A stretch of DNA of 64,000 nucleotides from Microvirga sp. (lineage in GTDB: Bacteria > Pseudomonadota > Alphaproteobacteria > Rhizobiales > Beijerinckiaceae). The first letter of the stretch is position 1. Each line of letters opens with the position of its first letter. Where the stretch lies: the NCBI GenBank assembly GCA_041913065.1, contig JAYSGD010000020.1, positions 1,354 through 65,353 on the forward strand. Direction: 5' to 3'. Of the stretch, positions 8,761 through 21,427 are shown in pieces. The notes beneath the pieces were generated by a model that was given only the letters and a program-made list of their open reading frames with translations, had not been told where the DNA came from and did not search any database. Position numbers and translations under genes: made by a program.

Positions 8761-9978
8761 ATGACGATGCTGCAAGACAAAGACACCACCGGGTCCCACT
8801 CGGGTGGCTGGGAAGAGCCACGCGCAACGGCCGTTCTCGTGCTCCAGGACGGCACGGTGCTGGAAGGCTTCGGCATCGGCGCCGAGGGCGAAGCCACCGG
8901 CGAGGTCTGCTTCAACACGGCGATGACGGGCTATCAGGAAATCCTGACGGACCCGTCCTATGCCGGGCAGATCGTGACCTTCACCTTCCCGCATATCGGC
9001 AATGTCGGCACCAACGACGAGGACATCGAGAGCGTGAACGCCGCCTCGTCCTCCGGCGTGCGTGGGCTCGTGCTCGCGGCCACCATCACCGAGCCCTCCA
9101 ACTGGCGCGCCTCGCGCGACCTGGATGCGTGGCTGAAGGCTCGCCAGATCGTGGGCCTGACCGGCATCGACACCCGCGCTCTGACCGCTCTCATCCGCGA
9201 CAAGGGCATGCCCAACGCGGTGATCGCCCATGACCCGAAGGGCAATTTCGACCTTGAGGCCCTCAAGGCCAAGGCTGCCGCCCTCCCCTCCATGGACGGC
9301 CTCGACCTCGTGCCGCTGGTCACAAGCACCCAGCGCTTCGACTGGAACGAGACCACCTGGGAGCGCGGCGAAGGCTATGGCCACCAGGACGGTGAGCCCA
9401 AGCATCACGTGGTCGCCATCGATTACGGCGTGAAGCGCAACATCCTGCGCCTCCTGGCGCGGGCCGGCTGCAAGGTCACGGTGGTTCCGGCCACCGCCTC
9501 GGCCGAGGACGTGCTGGCCCTGAAGCCCGACGGCGTGTTCCTCTCCAATGGCCCCGGCGACCCGGCGGCAACGGGCGAATATGCCGTGCCGGTCATCCGC
9601 AAGGTGCTGGAAGAAAAGATCCCGACCTTCGGCATTTGCCTCGGCCACCAGATGCTGAGCCTGGCCGTGGGCGCCAAGACCAAGAAGATGCACCAGGGCC
9701 ACCACGGCGCGAACCATCCGGTCAAGGACAAGACCACCGGCAAGGTGGAAATCACCTCCATGAACCACGGCTTCGCGGTGGATCCCGAGACCCTGCCCCG
9801 GAATGCGGTGGAGACCCACGTCTCCCTGTTCGACGGCTCCAATTGCGGCATCTCGCTGACCGACCGCCCGGCCTTCTCGGTGCAGTACCACCCGGAAGCC
9901 TCCCCCGGCCCGCAGGACAGCCACTACCTCTTCGACCGCTTCGTGAAGCTGATGGACGAGGGCAAGGCGAAAGCCTGA
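8761..9978 (+). CDS. carA: carbamoyl-phosphate synthase small (glutaminase) subunit
   Basis: Contains GEVCFNTAMTGYQEILTDPSYAGQI and the GATase triad region FGICLGHQ. The ORF-track start at 8737 is a TTG, so I use the first ATG. The start is uncertain by a few codons. Confidence 0.9.
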   Translation: MTMLQDKDTTGSHSGGWEEPRATAVLVLQDGTVLEGFGIGAEGEATGEVCFNTAMTGYQEILTDPSYAGQIVTFTFPHIGNVGTNDEDIESVNAASSSGVRGLVLAATITEPSNWRASRDLDAWLKARQIVGLTGIDTRALTALIRDKGMPNAVIAHDPKGNFDLEALKAKAAALPSMDGLDLVPLVTSTQRFDWNETTWERGEGYGHQDGEPKHHVVAIDYGVKRNILRLLARAGCKVTVVPATASAEDVLALKPDGVFLSNGPGDPAATGEYAVPVIRKVLEEKIPTFGICLGHQMLSLAVGAKTKKMHQGHHGANHPVKDKTTGKVEITSMNHGFAVDPETLPRNAVETHVSLFDGSNCGISLTDRPAFSVQYHPEASPGPQDSHYLFDRFVKLMDEGKAKA

Positions 9979-10125
9979 TCGTCGCGATCGGCCGAGTTTC
10001 GAGATCAGCGCCGTCACTCTCGCAGGGTGGCGGCGCTTTCCTTTCGGCGGCTCGACGGCGTGCGTTTTCTCACCCGGCGAACCGCCGCGACAAACGGGAA
10101 TGTTGCCTCCCGACCCCAAATCACG

Positions 10126-10141
10126 TTAACCGGTCCTTAAC
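10126..10141 (+). promoter_or_regulatory. perfect CtrA box TTAA-N7-TTAAC
   Basis: TTAAccggtccTTAAC, followed by CAT so that it includes the TTAACCAT half-site. It lies 45 nt upstream of the ATG at 10187. Confidence 0.5.
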
Positions 10142-10186
10142 CATAAAAATTAATGATTTCCGGGCTTTGCTTTGGGGGTTCCTCCG

Positions 10187-10561
10187 ATGGATTTAGAAAA
10201 CGATTCCGGCGAATTCAGCCGTCTCCACAGCCTCTTCACCTTCCACCTCGGCATCGCGGTCATGCTGTCCTGGGTGACGTCGCTCTATGCCGCGTTCTAC
10301 GCGCCGTGGGTGCGCAACATCCGTCCGCTGATCGACCCCGCCAATGTGGGACAGGTCGAGAGCACGTGGTCGTATCTCTTCATTTTCCCGGTCGTGCTGA
10401 CCGCAGCCTGGCTGATCTCCATCTTCGGCCAGAACATCTTCGCACAGGTCCGCCTCATGAAGAACCAGGCCATCGAGTTCGGCATCGCCGCCGTCGTGGC
10501 TTTCAGCGTCTTCTACCTCTCCATCGACCGCGCCGTCGCGGCGATGCTGCTCGGCATGTAA
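10187..10561 (+). CDS. hypothetical small membrane protein (3-4 TM)
   Basis: Hydrophobic segments are present (LHSLFTFHLGIAVMLSWVTSLYAAFYA, YLFIFPVVLTAAWLISIF, FGIAAVVAFSVFYLSI). Third-position GC is high. The start is uncertain. Confidence 0.5.
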   Translation: MDLENDSGEFSRLHSLFTFHLGIAVMLSWVTSLYAAFYAPWVRNIRPLIDPANVGQVESTWSYLFIFPVVLTAAWLISIFGQNIFAQVRLMKNQAIEFGIAAVVAFSVFYLSIDRAVAAMLLGM

Positions 10562-10623
10562 GGCCCGGACGCGATCTTTTCGCCCGAACACGCGTTCTCA
10601 CCCGAACATGGGAGAGAACGCGC

Positions 10624-11172
10624 ATGGCTGAGGCAAAAGGATACGGCGATCCACGCGGCTACAACGTGCCGCTGGGCACGGAGACCTACGTCTTCCAAAG
10701 CAACGGCATCGTTCCGAACAACGCATTGCCATTGATCGTGCGTCGGGGCGCGGTGACGCCAGACGAGAACGATCCCGCCAAGGCATTCGAGACGACCTTC
10801 GCCCGGAATGGCTGGACCAATTCCTGGCGCAACGGCATCTTCCAGTACCATCACTACCACCCGAACACCCACGAGGTGCTCGGTGTGTATTCAGGCTCGG
10901 CCTCCGTGCGCTTCGGTGGCGAGGACGGCGAGCTCGTTTCCGTCTCCACCGGCGATGTGGTCGTCATTCCCGCCGGCGTCGCCCATGCCCTCATCAAGAG
11001 CAGCGACGACTTCGCCGTCGTCGGCGCCTATCCAGGCGGCAGCGACTACGACACCCTTCGCGACGATCCGAACGCGCTCGCCATCGCTCAGGAGAGGATC
11101 GCACAGGTGCCCCTGCCGGATGCCGACCCGGTCGATGGTGCGGATGGGCCGTTGATGAAGCTCTGGTCCTGA
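10624..11172 (+). CDS. cupin-domain protein
   Basis: Internal ATG of the 10153 ORF, with GGGAGAG upstream. The cupin core reads HYHPNTHEVLGVYSGSASVRFGG...GDVVVIPAGVAH. Confidence 0.7.
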   Translation: MAEAKGYGDPRGYNVPLGTETYVFQSNGIVPNNALPLIVRRGAVTPDENDPAKAFETTFARNGWTNSWRNGIFQYHHYHPNTHEVLGVYSGSASVRFGGEDGELVSVSTGDVVVIPAGVAHALIKSSDDFAVVGAYPGGSDYDTLRDDPNALAIAQERIAQVPLPDADPVDGADGPLMKLWS

Positions 11173-11213
11173 GCAAGATGACGCCCGCTCAAGCTTAGGC
11201 TAAGACTTGGGCC

Positions 11214-11906
11214 ATGAACTGGCGAGATTACTGGAACCAAGACACGCCGATCTATTCGGGGGAGCGCCACAAGCTCCTCCATTACCGGCTTGTCGCGAAC
11301 GACATCATCGGCCTTATCCCGTCCCGGGATGCGGTCGTGCTCGATTATGGCTGCGGCGAAGCGTTGTTCGCGGACAAGGTCGCGGCGGCATGCGCGAAGC
11401 TCTACTTGAGCGATGCGGCTCCGCTCGTGCGCGATCGATTGAACGAGCGCTTCAGGGGCAATGACAAGATCGTGGTGCTGGCGCCAGAAGACGTGTCAGG
11501 CATCGATGATGCATCCGTTGACCTGATCGTGGTCAACTCCCTCCTGCAATACCTGTCGCTGGACGAGCTGCGCGGACTTCTCAAGTTGTGGAAGGCCAAG
11601 CTGAAGAGTAGCGGCCGGCTCATCGTCGCCGACGTCATTCCACCTGATCTAGGGCCTGTCGCTGATGCCAAAGCTCTGCTGAGTTTTGCCTGGCAGGGAG
11701 GCTTCCTGCGATCCGCAGCCATCGGCCTCGCGCGCACCGCCTTCTCGGATTACCGAAAGATCCGCGAGGACATTGGCCTATCGCTATACAGCGAGGACGA
11801 GATGATCGACATTTTGGATGAAGCGGGCTTCACACCGGAACGGGCCGAACGCAACCTTGGCCACAACCCAGGACGAATGACCTTCATCGCACCACCTCGG
11901 TCCTAA
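11214..11906 (+). CDS. class I SAM-dependent methyltransferase
   Basis: SAM motif I VLDYGCGEA is present, with a post-I acidic residue and motif II-like IVVNSLLQYL. Confidence 0.8.
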   Translation: MNWRDYWNQDTPIYSGERHKLLHYRLVANDIIGLIPSRDAVVLDYGCGEALFADKVAAACAKLYLSDAAPLVRDRLNERFRGNDKIVVLAPEDVSGIDDASVDLIVVNSLLQYLSLDELRGLLKLWKAKLKSSGRLIVADVIPPDLGPVADAKALLSFAWQGGFLRSAAIGLARTAFSDYRKIREDIGLSLYSEDEMIDILDEAGFTPERAERNLGHNPGRMTFIAPPRS

Positions 11907-12405
11907 TCCTATTCCCCTCGCTAGCGAGGGGAATAGAAAATGCTGGGCAGTTCTCGGGTTCACCATCACAAGGCACCGAGAGTAAAGCCGCCTTCGACAA
12001 CCAATACGCGTGGTGTTTCGCCTTGTCCCATATGGACATAGTGTCGGTCTTCGGCAGCATCACATTAGCCAGGTGCCGCATTTCAAATCGGCGGCAACCA
12101 AGAGCTTCCGTGCAGATCCAACTTCGATGATCCGTATCGTACCATTGGTTCAACATCGCGAAATCGCGCATGGCAACGATCCAGCCGTCGCGATCACGCA
12201 GAAAGAGGCGGGCATCTGTATCGCTCCCCTGTCCGGGCATTGCGAAAGGCACAAACCCTATCCCGCCCACATGAGCGATAAAGCTTCCATCGGGACTGTC
12301 TGAGCGGAAGATGTGCCCTTCGGGTGGGATCGGCTCGTAAAGTGCAAGAAGACGCCACAAAAGGGCGACACTCGCACCCAGAAGCGTCCAGGCAAGTGTT
12401 CGCAT
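11884..12405 (-). CDS. hypothetical protein, low-GC, N-terminal TM/signal segment
   Basis: MRTLAWTLLGASVALLWRLLALY... No family recognised. GC is visibly lower than in the neighbours. The 3' end reads through a 13-bp palindrome and overlaps the methyltransferase gene by 23 nt. Confidence 0.4.
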   Translation of the reverse strand: MRTLAWTLLGASVALLWRLLALYEPIPPEGHIFRSDSPDGSFIAHVGGIGFVPFAMPGQGSDTDARLFLRDRDGWIVAMRDFAMLNQWYDTDHRSWICTEALGCRRFEMRHLANVMLPKTDTMSIWDKAKHHAYWLSKAALLSVPCDGEPENCPAFSIPLASEGNRIRTEVVR

Positions 12406-12457
12406 TTTTGCTGGCCCCGGCAAGCATCAATAAAGCTTGTAATTTAATCACATAACT

Positions 12458-12853
12458 CTAGCTGAAGGTCCAGGCCTTGTGGGCGATGAAGCTCCACAGC
12501 ATCACCACTCCCGTGGTGACCACCTGGGCGGGCAGGTACGGCCCTTCCAGCCAGACCGTGAGCGCGTGCATGATGAACCACGTCAGCAGGAAGCCTACGA
12601 AGGCCACCATGGCGAAGCGCCACGTCGCTTCCCGGTGAGGCCGGTCGCTCCGATAGGTGTGCTTCCGGTTCAGGGCATAGGAGATCAACCCGCCTGCCAC
12701 GTATCCCGCGAGCGTGGCCGGAACGGGGTCCGCCCCGAAACCTTCCACAAGCAGAATGAGAAGCCCATAATGGGCCAAAGCCGCCGCGAGACCGACTCCG
12801 GAGAAGGCCACGAGCTGGCGGATCAGGCGCTTGAAGGGGAATGATGCGTTCAC
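12458..12853 (-). CDS. GtrA-family membrane protein
   Basis: 131 aa with 4 TM helices. Pattern [23 protein letters not shown]...NRKHTY. Confidence 0.8.
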   Translation of the reverse strand: MNASFPFKRLIRQLVAFSGVGLAAALAHYGLLILLVEGFGADPVPATLAGYVAGGLISYALNRKHTYRSDRPHREATWRFAMVAFVGFLLTWFIMHALTVWLEGPYLPAQVVTTGVVMLWSFIAHKAWTFS

Positions 12854-13051
12854 GGCCTCTCGTTAGCGCGTCCGAACCGCAAGGTCACCTTGTTTCGCAG
12901 AGGTTCTTCCCCTGGCTCGCATGCCTTTAGGCCTTCCTTTCCCGGGAAAGGCCGTGTAAGAGCCTCGCTCAACCTTCAATCTGACACACACCAGCTGCGC
13001 TCGAAGCGCCGCGTTACGCGGCCGCGCGGCTGGATACGCCTGGGTGGGCCT

Positions 13052-16000
13052 ATGCCGAAGCGGACAGACATTTCCTCCATTCTCATCGTCGGCGCCGGAC
13101 CGATCATCATCGGTCAGGCATGCGAGTTCGATTATTCGGGCACGCAGGCCGTAAAGGCCCTGAAGGAGGAAGGATTCCGCATCATCCTCGTGAACTCCAA
13201 TCCGGCGACGATCATGACCGACCCGGATCTCGCGGATGCCACCTATGTGGAACCGATCACGCCAGAGATCGTGGCGAAGATCATCGAGAAGGAGCGTCCC
13301 GACGCGATCCTGCCCACCATGGGCGGCCAGACGGCGCTGAACTGCGCCCTGTCCCTCAAGAAGATGGGCGTGCTCGACAAGTACAACGTGGAGATGATCG
13401 GCGCGACGGCGGAAGCCATCGACAAGGCCGAGGACCGGCAGCTCTTCCGCGAGGCCATGACCAAGATCGGTCTCGATACGCCCAAATCGCGCCTCGCCAA
13501 CGCCTCGGCCCTCAAGAAGGCCGACCGGGACGCCTATCTCGCCGAGCTGGCGCGCATGGAAGCCATGGACATGCATCCCGGCGACAAGAAGCGCCACATC
13601 GCGGCCTACAAGCTGAAATGGGACGCAGCCGAGAACGACCGCCGCAAGCGCTACCAGGAGCACGCCATGGGCGAGGCCCTGATCGCGCTCTCCGAGGTCG
13701 GCCTGCCCGCGATCATCCGCCCCTCCTTCACCATGGGCGGCACCGGCGGCGGTATCGCCTATAACCGCGAGGAATTCCTCAGCATCGTGGAAGGCGGCCT
13801 CGATGCCTCCCCCACCAACGAAGTGCTGATCGAGGAAAGCGTGCTCGGCTGGAAGGAGTACGAGATGGAGGTCGTCCGCGACAAGGCGGATAACTGCATC
13901 ATCATCTGCTCCATCGAGAACTTCGATCCGATGGGCGTGCATACCGGCGACTCGATCACCGTCGCGCCGGCGCTGACGCTCACCGACAAGGAATACCAGA
14001 TCATGCGCGACGCCTCGCTGGCGGTTCTGCGCGAGATCGGCGTCGAGACCGGCGGGTCGAACGTGCAGTTCGCGATCAACCCGGAGAACGGGCGCATGAT
14101 CGTGATCGAGATGAACCCGCGCGTGTCGCGCTCCTCCGCGCTCGCCTCCAAGGCGACCGGCTTCCCCATCGCAAAGGTCGCCGCGAAGCTCGCGGTCGGC
14201 TACACGCTCGACGAGATCGCCAACGACATCACCGGCGGTGCGACGCCCGCTTCCTTCGAGCCCACCATCGATTACGTGGTCACGAAGATTCCGCGCTTCG
14301 CCTTCGAGAAGTTCCCCGGCGCCGAGCCGACGCTGACTACGGCCATGAAATCCGTGGGCGAGGCGATGGCCATTGGCCGCTCCTTCCCGGAATCGCTGCA
14401 GAAGGCGCTTCGTTCGCTTGAGACCGGACTCACCGGCCTCGACGAGATCGAGATCGAAGGCCTCGGCAAGGGCGACGACCGCAACGCCATCAAGGCCGCC
14501 ATCGGCACGCCGACCCCGGATCGCATCCTGAAGGTCGCGCAGGCTTTGCGCCTCGGCATCAGCCACGACGAAGTCTATGCGTCCTGCAAGATCGACCCGT
14601 GGTTCCTGGAGCAGCTTCAGGACATCGTCGATATGGAAGCGAAGGTGAAGGCGAACGGCCTGCCCAAGACGCCGGGCGCCTTCCGCCAGATCAAGGCTCT
14701 GGGCTTCTCCGACGCGCGGCTTGCGGTGCTCACCGGCACGACCGAGGCCGAGGTGCGCGAGGCGCGCCGCGCTCTCGATGTGCGCCCGGTCTTCAAGCGC
14801 ATCGATACCTGCGCGGCGGAGTTCGCCTCCCCCACCGCCTACATGTACTCGACCTATACCGCGCCCTTCGCCGGCCAGCCGGCCGACGAGGCCAATCCGT
14901 CGGATGCGAAGAAGGTCATCATTCTCGGCGGCGGCCCGAACCGGATCGGCCAAGGCATCGAGTTCGATTATTGCTGCTGTCATGCCTGCTTCGCGCTGAA
15001 GGACGCGGGTTATGAGACCATCATGATCAACTGCAACCCGGAGACGGTCTCGACCGACTACGACACCTCCGACCGGCTCTATTTCGAGCCGCTGACGCAG
15101 GAAGACGTGCTGGAGATCATCGAGACAGAGCGCTCCAAGGGCACGCTCCACGGCGTAATCGTGCAGTTCGGCGGCCAGACCCCGCTGAAGCTCGCCCATG
15201 CCCTGGAAGAGGCCGATGTACGCATTCTCGGCACCTCGCCGGACGCCATCGACCTCGCCGAGGACCGCGACCGGTTCAAGCGCCTGCTCGACAAGCTGCA
15301 CCTGAAACAGCCCAAGAACGGCATCGCCTATTCGGTGGAGCAGGCCCGCCTGATCGCCGCCGATCTCGGCCTGCCCTTCGTGGTGCGCCCCTCCTACGTG
15401 CTCGGCGGCCGCGCCATGGCGATCATCCGCGACGAGACCCAGTTCGAGGACTACCTGCTCGGCACCCTGCCGAGCCTGATCCCGTCGGACATCAAGGCGC
15501 GCTATCCCAACGACAAGACGGGCCAGATCAACACCGTTTTGGGCAAGAACCCCCTTCTCTTCGATCGCTACCTCTCGGACGCCATCGAAGTGGACGTGGA
15601 CTGCCTCTGCGACGGCAAGGATACCTTCATCGCCGGCATCATGGAGCACATCGAGGAAGCGGGTATCCACTCGGGCGATTCCGCCTGCTCGCTGCCGCCC
15701 CGCTCCCTGTCGGAAGAGACCATCGCCGAGCTTGAGCGCCAGACGCGGGCATTGGCCCTGGGCCTCGACGTGGGCGGCTTGATGAATGTGCAATACGCCA
15801 TCAAGGACGGCACGATCTACGTGCTGGAGGTGAACCCCCGCGCCTCGCGGACCGTGCCTTTCGTGGCCAAGGTCATCGGCGAGCCCATCGCCAAGATCGC
15901 AGCCCGCGTGATGGCGGGCGAGTCTCTCGCGAAGTTCGGACTGACCCCGAAGGAGCTGCCGCATATCGGCGTCAAGGAAGCCGTGTTTCCCTTCGCCCGC

Positions 16001-16522
16001 TTCCCTGGCGTGGATGTGCTGCTTGGGCCGGAAATGCGCTCCACGGGCGAGGTCATCGGCCTCGACCGGAGCTTCGGGGTGGCCTTCGCCAAGAGCCAGC
16101 TCGGCGCCGGCAGCCAGGTTCCGAAGACCGGCACCCTCTTCGTCTCGGTGCGCGACTCGGACAAGGAGCGCATCCTGCCGACCGTGCGGATGCTCGAGGA
16201 GCTGGGCTTCAGGGTGCTGGCGACCGCCGGAACCCAGAAATTCCTGGTGGAAAACGGCGTGAAGGCTGCGCGCATCAACAAGGTGCTGGAAGGCCGTCCC
16301 CACGTGGTGGACGCCATCAAGAACGGGGACATCCAGCTAGTTTTGAATACCACCGAAGGGGCGGGCGCCCTCTCAGATTCCCGCTCTCTTCGTCAGGCTG
16401 CCCTCTTGCATAAGATACCTTACTACACCACTCTTGCAGGAGCGATCGCTGCGGCCGAGGGCATCAAGGCCTATCTGGGCGGCGATCTCGAGGTGCGGGC
16501 GCTTCAGGACTATTTTGCCTGA
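13052..16522 (+). CDS. carB: carbamoyl-phosphate synthase large subunit
   Basis: Starts [33 protein letters not shown]. Two ATP-grasp halves and a C-terminal MGS-like domain are present. The in-frame upstream extension in the ORF track is not used. Confidence 0.95.
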   Translation: MPKRTDISSILIVGAGPIIIGQACEFDYSGTQAVKALKEEGFRIILVNSNPATIMTDPDLADATYVEPITPEIVAKIIEKERPDAILPTMGGQTALNCALSLKKMGVLDKYNVEMIGATAEAIDKAEDRQLFREAMTKIGLDTPKSRLANASALKKADRDAYLAELARMEAMDMHPGDKKRHIAAYKLKWDAAENDRRKRYQEHAMGEALIALSEVGLPAIIRPSFTMGGTGGGIAYNREEFLSIVEGGLDASPTNEVLIEESVLGWKEYEMEVVRDKADNCIIICSIENFDPMGVHTGDSITVAPALTLTDKEYQIMRDASLAVLREIGVETGGSNVQFAINPENGRMIVIEMNPRVSRSSALASKATGFPIAKVAAKLAVGYTLDEIANDITGGATPASFEPTIDYVVTKIPRFAFEKFPGAEPTLTTAMKSVGEAMAIGRSFPESLQKALRSLETGLTGLDEIEIEGLGKGDDRNAIKAAIGTPTPDRILKVAQALRLGISHDEVYASCKIDPWFLEQLQDIVDMEAKVKANGLPKTPGAFRQIKALGFSDARLAVLTGTTEAEVREARRALDVRPVFKRIDTCAAEFASPTAYMYSTYTAPFAGQPADEANPSDAKKVIILGGGPNRIGQGIEFDYCCCHACFALKDAGYETIMINCNPETVSTDYDTSDRLYFEPLTQEDVLEIIETERSKGTLHGVIVQFGGQTPLKLAHALEEADVRILGTSPDAIDLAEDRDRFKRLLDKLHLKQPKNGIAYSVEQARLIAADLGLPFVVRPSYVLGGRAMAIIRDETQFEDYLLGTLPSLIPSDIKARYPNDKTGQINTVLGKNPLLFDRYLSDAIEVDVDCLCDGKDTFIAGIMEHIEEAGIHSGDSACSLPPRSLSEETIAELERQTRALALGLDVGGLMNVQYAIKDGTIYVLEVNPRASRTVPFVAKVIGEPIAKIAARVMAGESLAKFGLTPKELPHIGVKEAVFPFARFPGVDVLLGPEMRSTGEVIGLDRSFGVAFAKSQLGAGSQVPKTGTLFVSVRDSDKERILPTVRMLEELGFRVLATAGTQKFLVENGVKAARINKVLEGRPHVVDAIKNGDIQLVLNTTEGAGALSDSRSLRQAALLHKIPYYTTLAGAIAAAEGIKAYLGGDLEVRALQDYFA

Positions 16523-16629
16523 GGCATCTGGCCTCAACATTGGAACTGCGAAGCTTCTGGGAAGTTTTCGTTGACATGCGAGGGCGCTGGAAACAGCGGC
16601 CTCGTACCTCTTTTTAGACGAGACAAACG

Positions 16630-17106
16630 ATGGACAAGGTCCCTCTGACGATCAAGGGTTTTGCGGCGCTGGAGGAAGAACTCAAGCACCGTCAACAGGT
16701 TGAACGCCCCCGGATCATCCAGGCGATCGCGGAAGCGCGCGCGCTTGGCGACCTGTCGGAGAACGCGGAATACCACGCCGCCAAGGAAGCCCAGTCCCTC
16801 AACGAGGGCCGTATCCTGGAGCTGGAAAGCCTCATTTCCCGCGCGGAAGTCATCGATATCACCAAACTCTCGGGCGAGCGGATCAAGTTCGGCGCGACCG
16901 TGAAGCTGGTCGATGAAGATACCGAGGAAGAGAAAATCTACCAGATCGTCGGTGAGCCCGAGGCGGATGTCCGCTCCGGACGGGTTTCCGTCGCGTCTCC
17001 CATCGCCCGCGCCCTCATGGGCAAGACCATCGGGGATACGGTGGAGGTCTCGACCCCCGGCGGCGGCAAATCCTACGAAGTCGTCGGCGTTCGTTTCGGC
17101 GCCTGA
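16630..17106 (+). CDS. greA: transcription elongation factor GreA
   Basis: 158 aa, with [22 protein letters not shown]. Confidence 0.95.
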   Translation: MDKVPLTIKGFAALEEELKHRQQVERPRIIQAIAEARALGDLSENAEYHAAKEAQSLNEGRILELESLISRAEVIDITKLSGERIKFGATVKLVDEDTEEEKIYQIVGEPEADVRSGRVSVASPIARALMGKTIGDTVEVSTPGGGKSYEVVGVRFGA

Positions 17107-17122
17107 TAGAATGAGGGGGCGA

Positions 17123-17650
17123 ATGATGAGACATCAGGCCATGCTCCCTCAGTCCCGCCGTTCCTTTTTGATGAAACTGGTCTGCGCCGGCCTTGCCGGT
17201 GCGGGCTTGCTCCTGCACGCCCCGGCGCAGGCGCAAAGCTTCCCCCAGGCCTTCTCGTCGTTTGCGGTGGATGTTAGTCCCTTGAAGGCCAAGGGCCTCG
17301 GACCGTTTGCCGATCTCGTCGCTCAGGCCGCTCTGGACGAGCTTCACCGGTCCTTCGCCGACCGGGTGGATCCGCGCGGACCGCGCTTCGTGCTGGTGAT
17401 CACAGGCATCTTCCTGACGCCCTTCCCTGATGGCGGCGTCGGATGGCGCCGCGAGGGTGGCGGCGGAGGCGGCGGAAGCGATGGCATGGACGGCGAAGCC
17501 CTGGCCGTCGGCCGCAGGGGCGAGATCCTGGCCCGTCACCCGCAGCATGCGGTCCTGGACGTGAACAGAAGCATCACCGACCCGGACGAGCCGGGCCGTG
17601 CGGTCGCCCTGGCCCAGCATTACGTGCGCTGGCTGCGGCGCCGTCTCTGA
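17123..17650 (+). CDS. hypothetical exported protein with twin-arginine signal
   Basis: MMRHQAMLPQSRRSFLMKLVCAGLAGAGLLLHAPAQA, with GAGGGGG upstream. Contains a poly-Gly stretch. No family recognised. Confidence 0.5.
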   Translation: MMRHQAMLPQSRRSFLMKLVCAGLAGAGLLLHAPAQAQSFPQAFSSFAVDVSPLKAKGLGPFADLVAQAALDELHRSFADRVDPRGPRFVLVITGIFLTPFPDGGVGWRREGGGGGGGSDGMDGEALAVGRRGEILARHPQHAVLDVNRSITDPDEPGRAVALAQHYVRWLRRRL

Positions 17651-17655
17651 TCGCC

Positions 17656-18141
17656 TTACTCGGTCGCCTCGGCCACATCCTCAATCGGCACCAGCGGCTC
17701 GTCCTTGATCAGGTCGAGGGTCAGGGCCGTGCGGACGTTGCGGACGTTCGGCAGGGACGTAAGCTCGGAGACGAGCTCCTGGAACGAGGCGAGGTTCGGA
17801 GCCACGCATTTCAGGATGAAGTCGATATCGCCGGACAGGGTCCAGCACTCGCGGACCATGGACCAGTCCTTGACCCGCTGCTCGAACTCGCGAAGCTCCT
17901 TCTTGCCCTGCACGTCGAGCTGGACCATGGCGAAGCACACGATCTCGAAGCCCAGACCCTTCGGGTCGAGGATGGCGCGATAGGCCTTGATGATGCCGGC
18001 GCTCTCGAGCGCCCGCACCCGGCGCAGGCAGGGGGGAGCCGACAGGCCGACGCGACGGGCCAGTTCCACGTTGGTGATGCTGCCGTCGGCTTGCAGTTCC
18101 TTCAAAATGGCCCAGTCGATGGAATCGAGGCGTCCGCGCAC
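17656..18141 (-). CDS. Lrp/AsnC-family transcriptional regulator
   Basis: GTG start preceded by GGAG gives MRGRLDSIDWAILKELQADGSITNVELARRVGLS..., with an AsnC-type C-terminal domain. Confidence 0.85.
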   Translation of the reverse strand: MRGRLDSIDWAILKELQADGSITNVELARRVGLSAPPCLRRVRALESAGIIKAYRAILDPKGLGFEIVCFAMVQLDVQGKKELREFEQRVKDWSMVRECWTLSGDIDFILKCVAPNLASFQELVSELTSLPNVRNVRTALTLDLIKDEPLVPIEDVAEATE

Positions 18142-18317
18142 GGTAACTCCACAAGGACATGACCGAAACGGAGGGCAACAACCCTTTTCCGCCCCGATCA
18201 TGAGACATTGGTCAAAAAACTCGTCTTGGCTGAGTAGACCGTGTAGAGGGTCTGCACAAGAAGGGCATGCGATTAAGTCGCAATGAACTTCATGAACTCC
18301 ACAGGCTCATTGATCGA

Positions 18318-20293
<1,976 letters not shown>

Positions 20294-20405
20294 GTTTATT
20301 AACAACTGGTTAGTGCTCTGCTCGGATTCCTGTTGCGTCTGGCAGCTCCCTCATCAGAAATAAGGTGCCCCGCGTCAGGTGCATGCGAGGCACGAGGGAA
20401 GCGCC

Positions 20406-21296
20406 GTGGACTGGGACAAAATCCGGATTTTCTACACCGTCGCTGAAGCGGGCAGCTTCACGCGGGCAGGCGACGATCTGGGCCTCAGCCAATCGGCGGT
20501 GAGCCGCCAGATCAGCGCGCTGGAACGCGAGCTGAAGGCCCCCCTCTTCCACCGCCATGCCCGTGGGCTCATCCTCACCGAGCAGGGCGACCTGCTCTTC
20601 CGCGCCGCCCGCGACATGCGGATGCGCCTCGAGACCACGAAGGCGCGCCTCGTGGAGACAAGCGAGCGCCCCTCCGGCGAGCTGAAGGTGACGACCACGG
20701 TGGGCCTCGGCTCCATCTGGCTTGCCCAGCGCGTTGCCGAGTTTCTCGATCTCTATCCGGATGTGAGGGTCGAGCTGATCCTCTCCAACGAGGAGCTCGA
20801 TCTTGCCATGCGTGAGGCTGATGTAGCGATCCGCCTGCGCCGTCCTGCGCAGCCGGATCTGATCCAGCGGCGCCTCTTCACGGTGCATTTCCACGTCTAT
20901 GCATCGACCGATTACATCAAGCGCTTCGGGGAGCCGAAGACCCTGGAAGACCTCGACGAGCACCGCATCATCTCGTTCGGAGGCGACCAGCCCTCCTATC
21001 TGATGTCCGTGCACTGGCTCGCAACGGCGGGACGCGAGGGCAAGGAAGCGCGCCAGTATCATTACGTGGTCAACAACATCACCGCCCTGAAGATCGCGGT
21101 GGAGACCGGGGCCGGCATTGCGGTGCTGCCGGATTATGCGGCTGTGGGGAACCCGAACCTCGTCCAGATCCTGCGCGACGTGGAGATGCCGTCCCTCGAC
21201 AGCTACCTCGTCTATGCCGAGGAAATGCGCTCGGTCGCCCGCGTCCAGGCCTTCCGCGATTTCCTGATTTCCAAGGCCCAGCGCTGGACCTTCTAG
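20406..21296 (+). CDS. LysR-family transcriptional regulator (LsrB/VtlR-like by position next to trxB)
   Basis: GTG start preceded by GAGGGAAG gives VDWDKIRIFYTVAEAGSFTRAGDDLGLSQSAVSRQISALE. Orthology to LsrB/VtlR is inferred from synteny only. Confidence 0.8.
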   Translation: MDWDKIRIFYTVAEAGSFTRAGDDLGLSQSAVSRQISALERELKAPLFHRHARGLILTEQGDLLFRAARDMRMRLETTKARLVETSERPSGELKVTTTVGLGSIWLAQRVAEFLDLYPDVRVELILSNEELDLAMREADVAIRLRRPAQPDLIQRRLFTVHFHVYASTDYIKRFGEPKTLEDLDEHRIISFGGDQPSYLMSVHWLATAGREGKEARQYHYVVNNITALKIAVETGAGIAVLPDYAAVGNPNLVQILRDVEMPSLDSYLVYAEEMRSVARVQAFRDFLISKAQRWTF

Positions 21297-21394
21297 GCTA
21301 AGAATCGCTTCCGGGCTTGCAAGCTTGACCGGATTGTGACGGTCACCGGCTTAAGCCATGCGCAGAACGCAGCCCTTTCATGAGGCATATTGCA

Positions 21395-21422
21395 TTGCAA
21401 ATAAGCTTTGGGCGGTCGATAT
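21395..21422 (+). promoter_or_regulatory. possible sigma-70 promoter of the sRNA candidate
   Basis: TTGCAA (21395-21400), N16, then CGATAT (21417-21422). This is close to the rhizobial CTTGAC-N17-CTATAT consensus. Confidence 0.35.
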
Positions 21423-21427
21423 GAGCC

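Noticed and set aside
12863-16303. 1146-aa ORF on the minus strand opposite carB. Similar long antisense ORFs occur at 8635..10119, 21408..23252, 23865..25625, 19217..20305, 44108..45418 and 56909..58084.
   Set aside because: They lie exactly antisense to genes with clear homology. Their translations are Arg/Ala/Gly/His-rich and low in complexity. These are typical shadow ORFs of high-GC DNA.
16545-16580. GGAAC ... CGTT upstream of greA.
   Set aside because: The spacer is 22 nt rather than 16-17, which is not compatible with an EcfG-type promoter.
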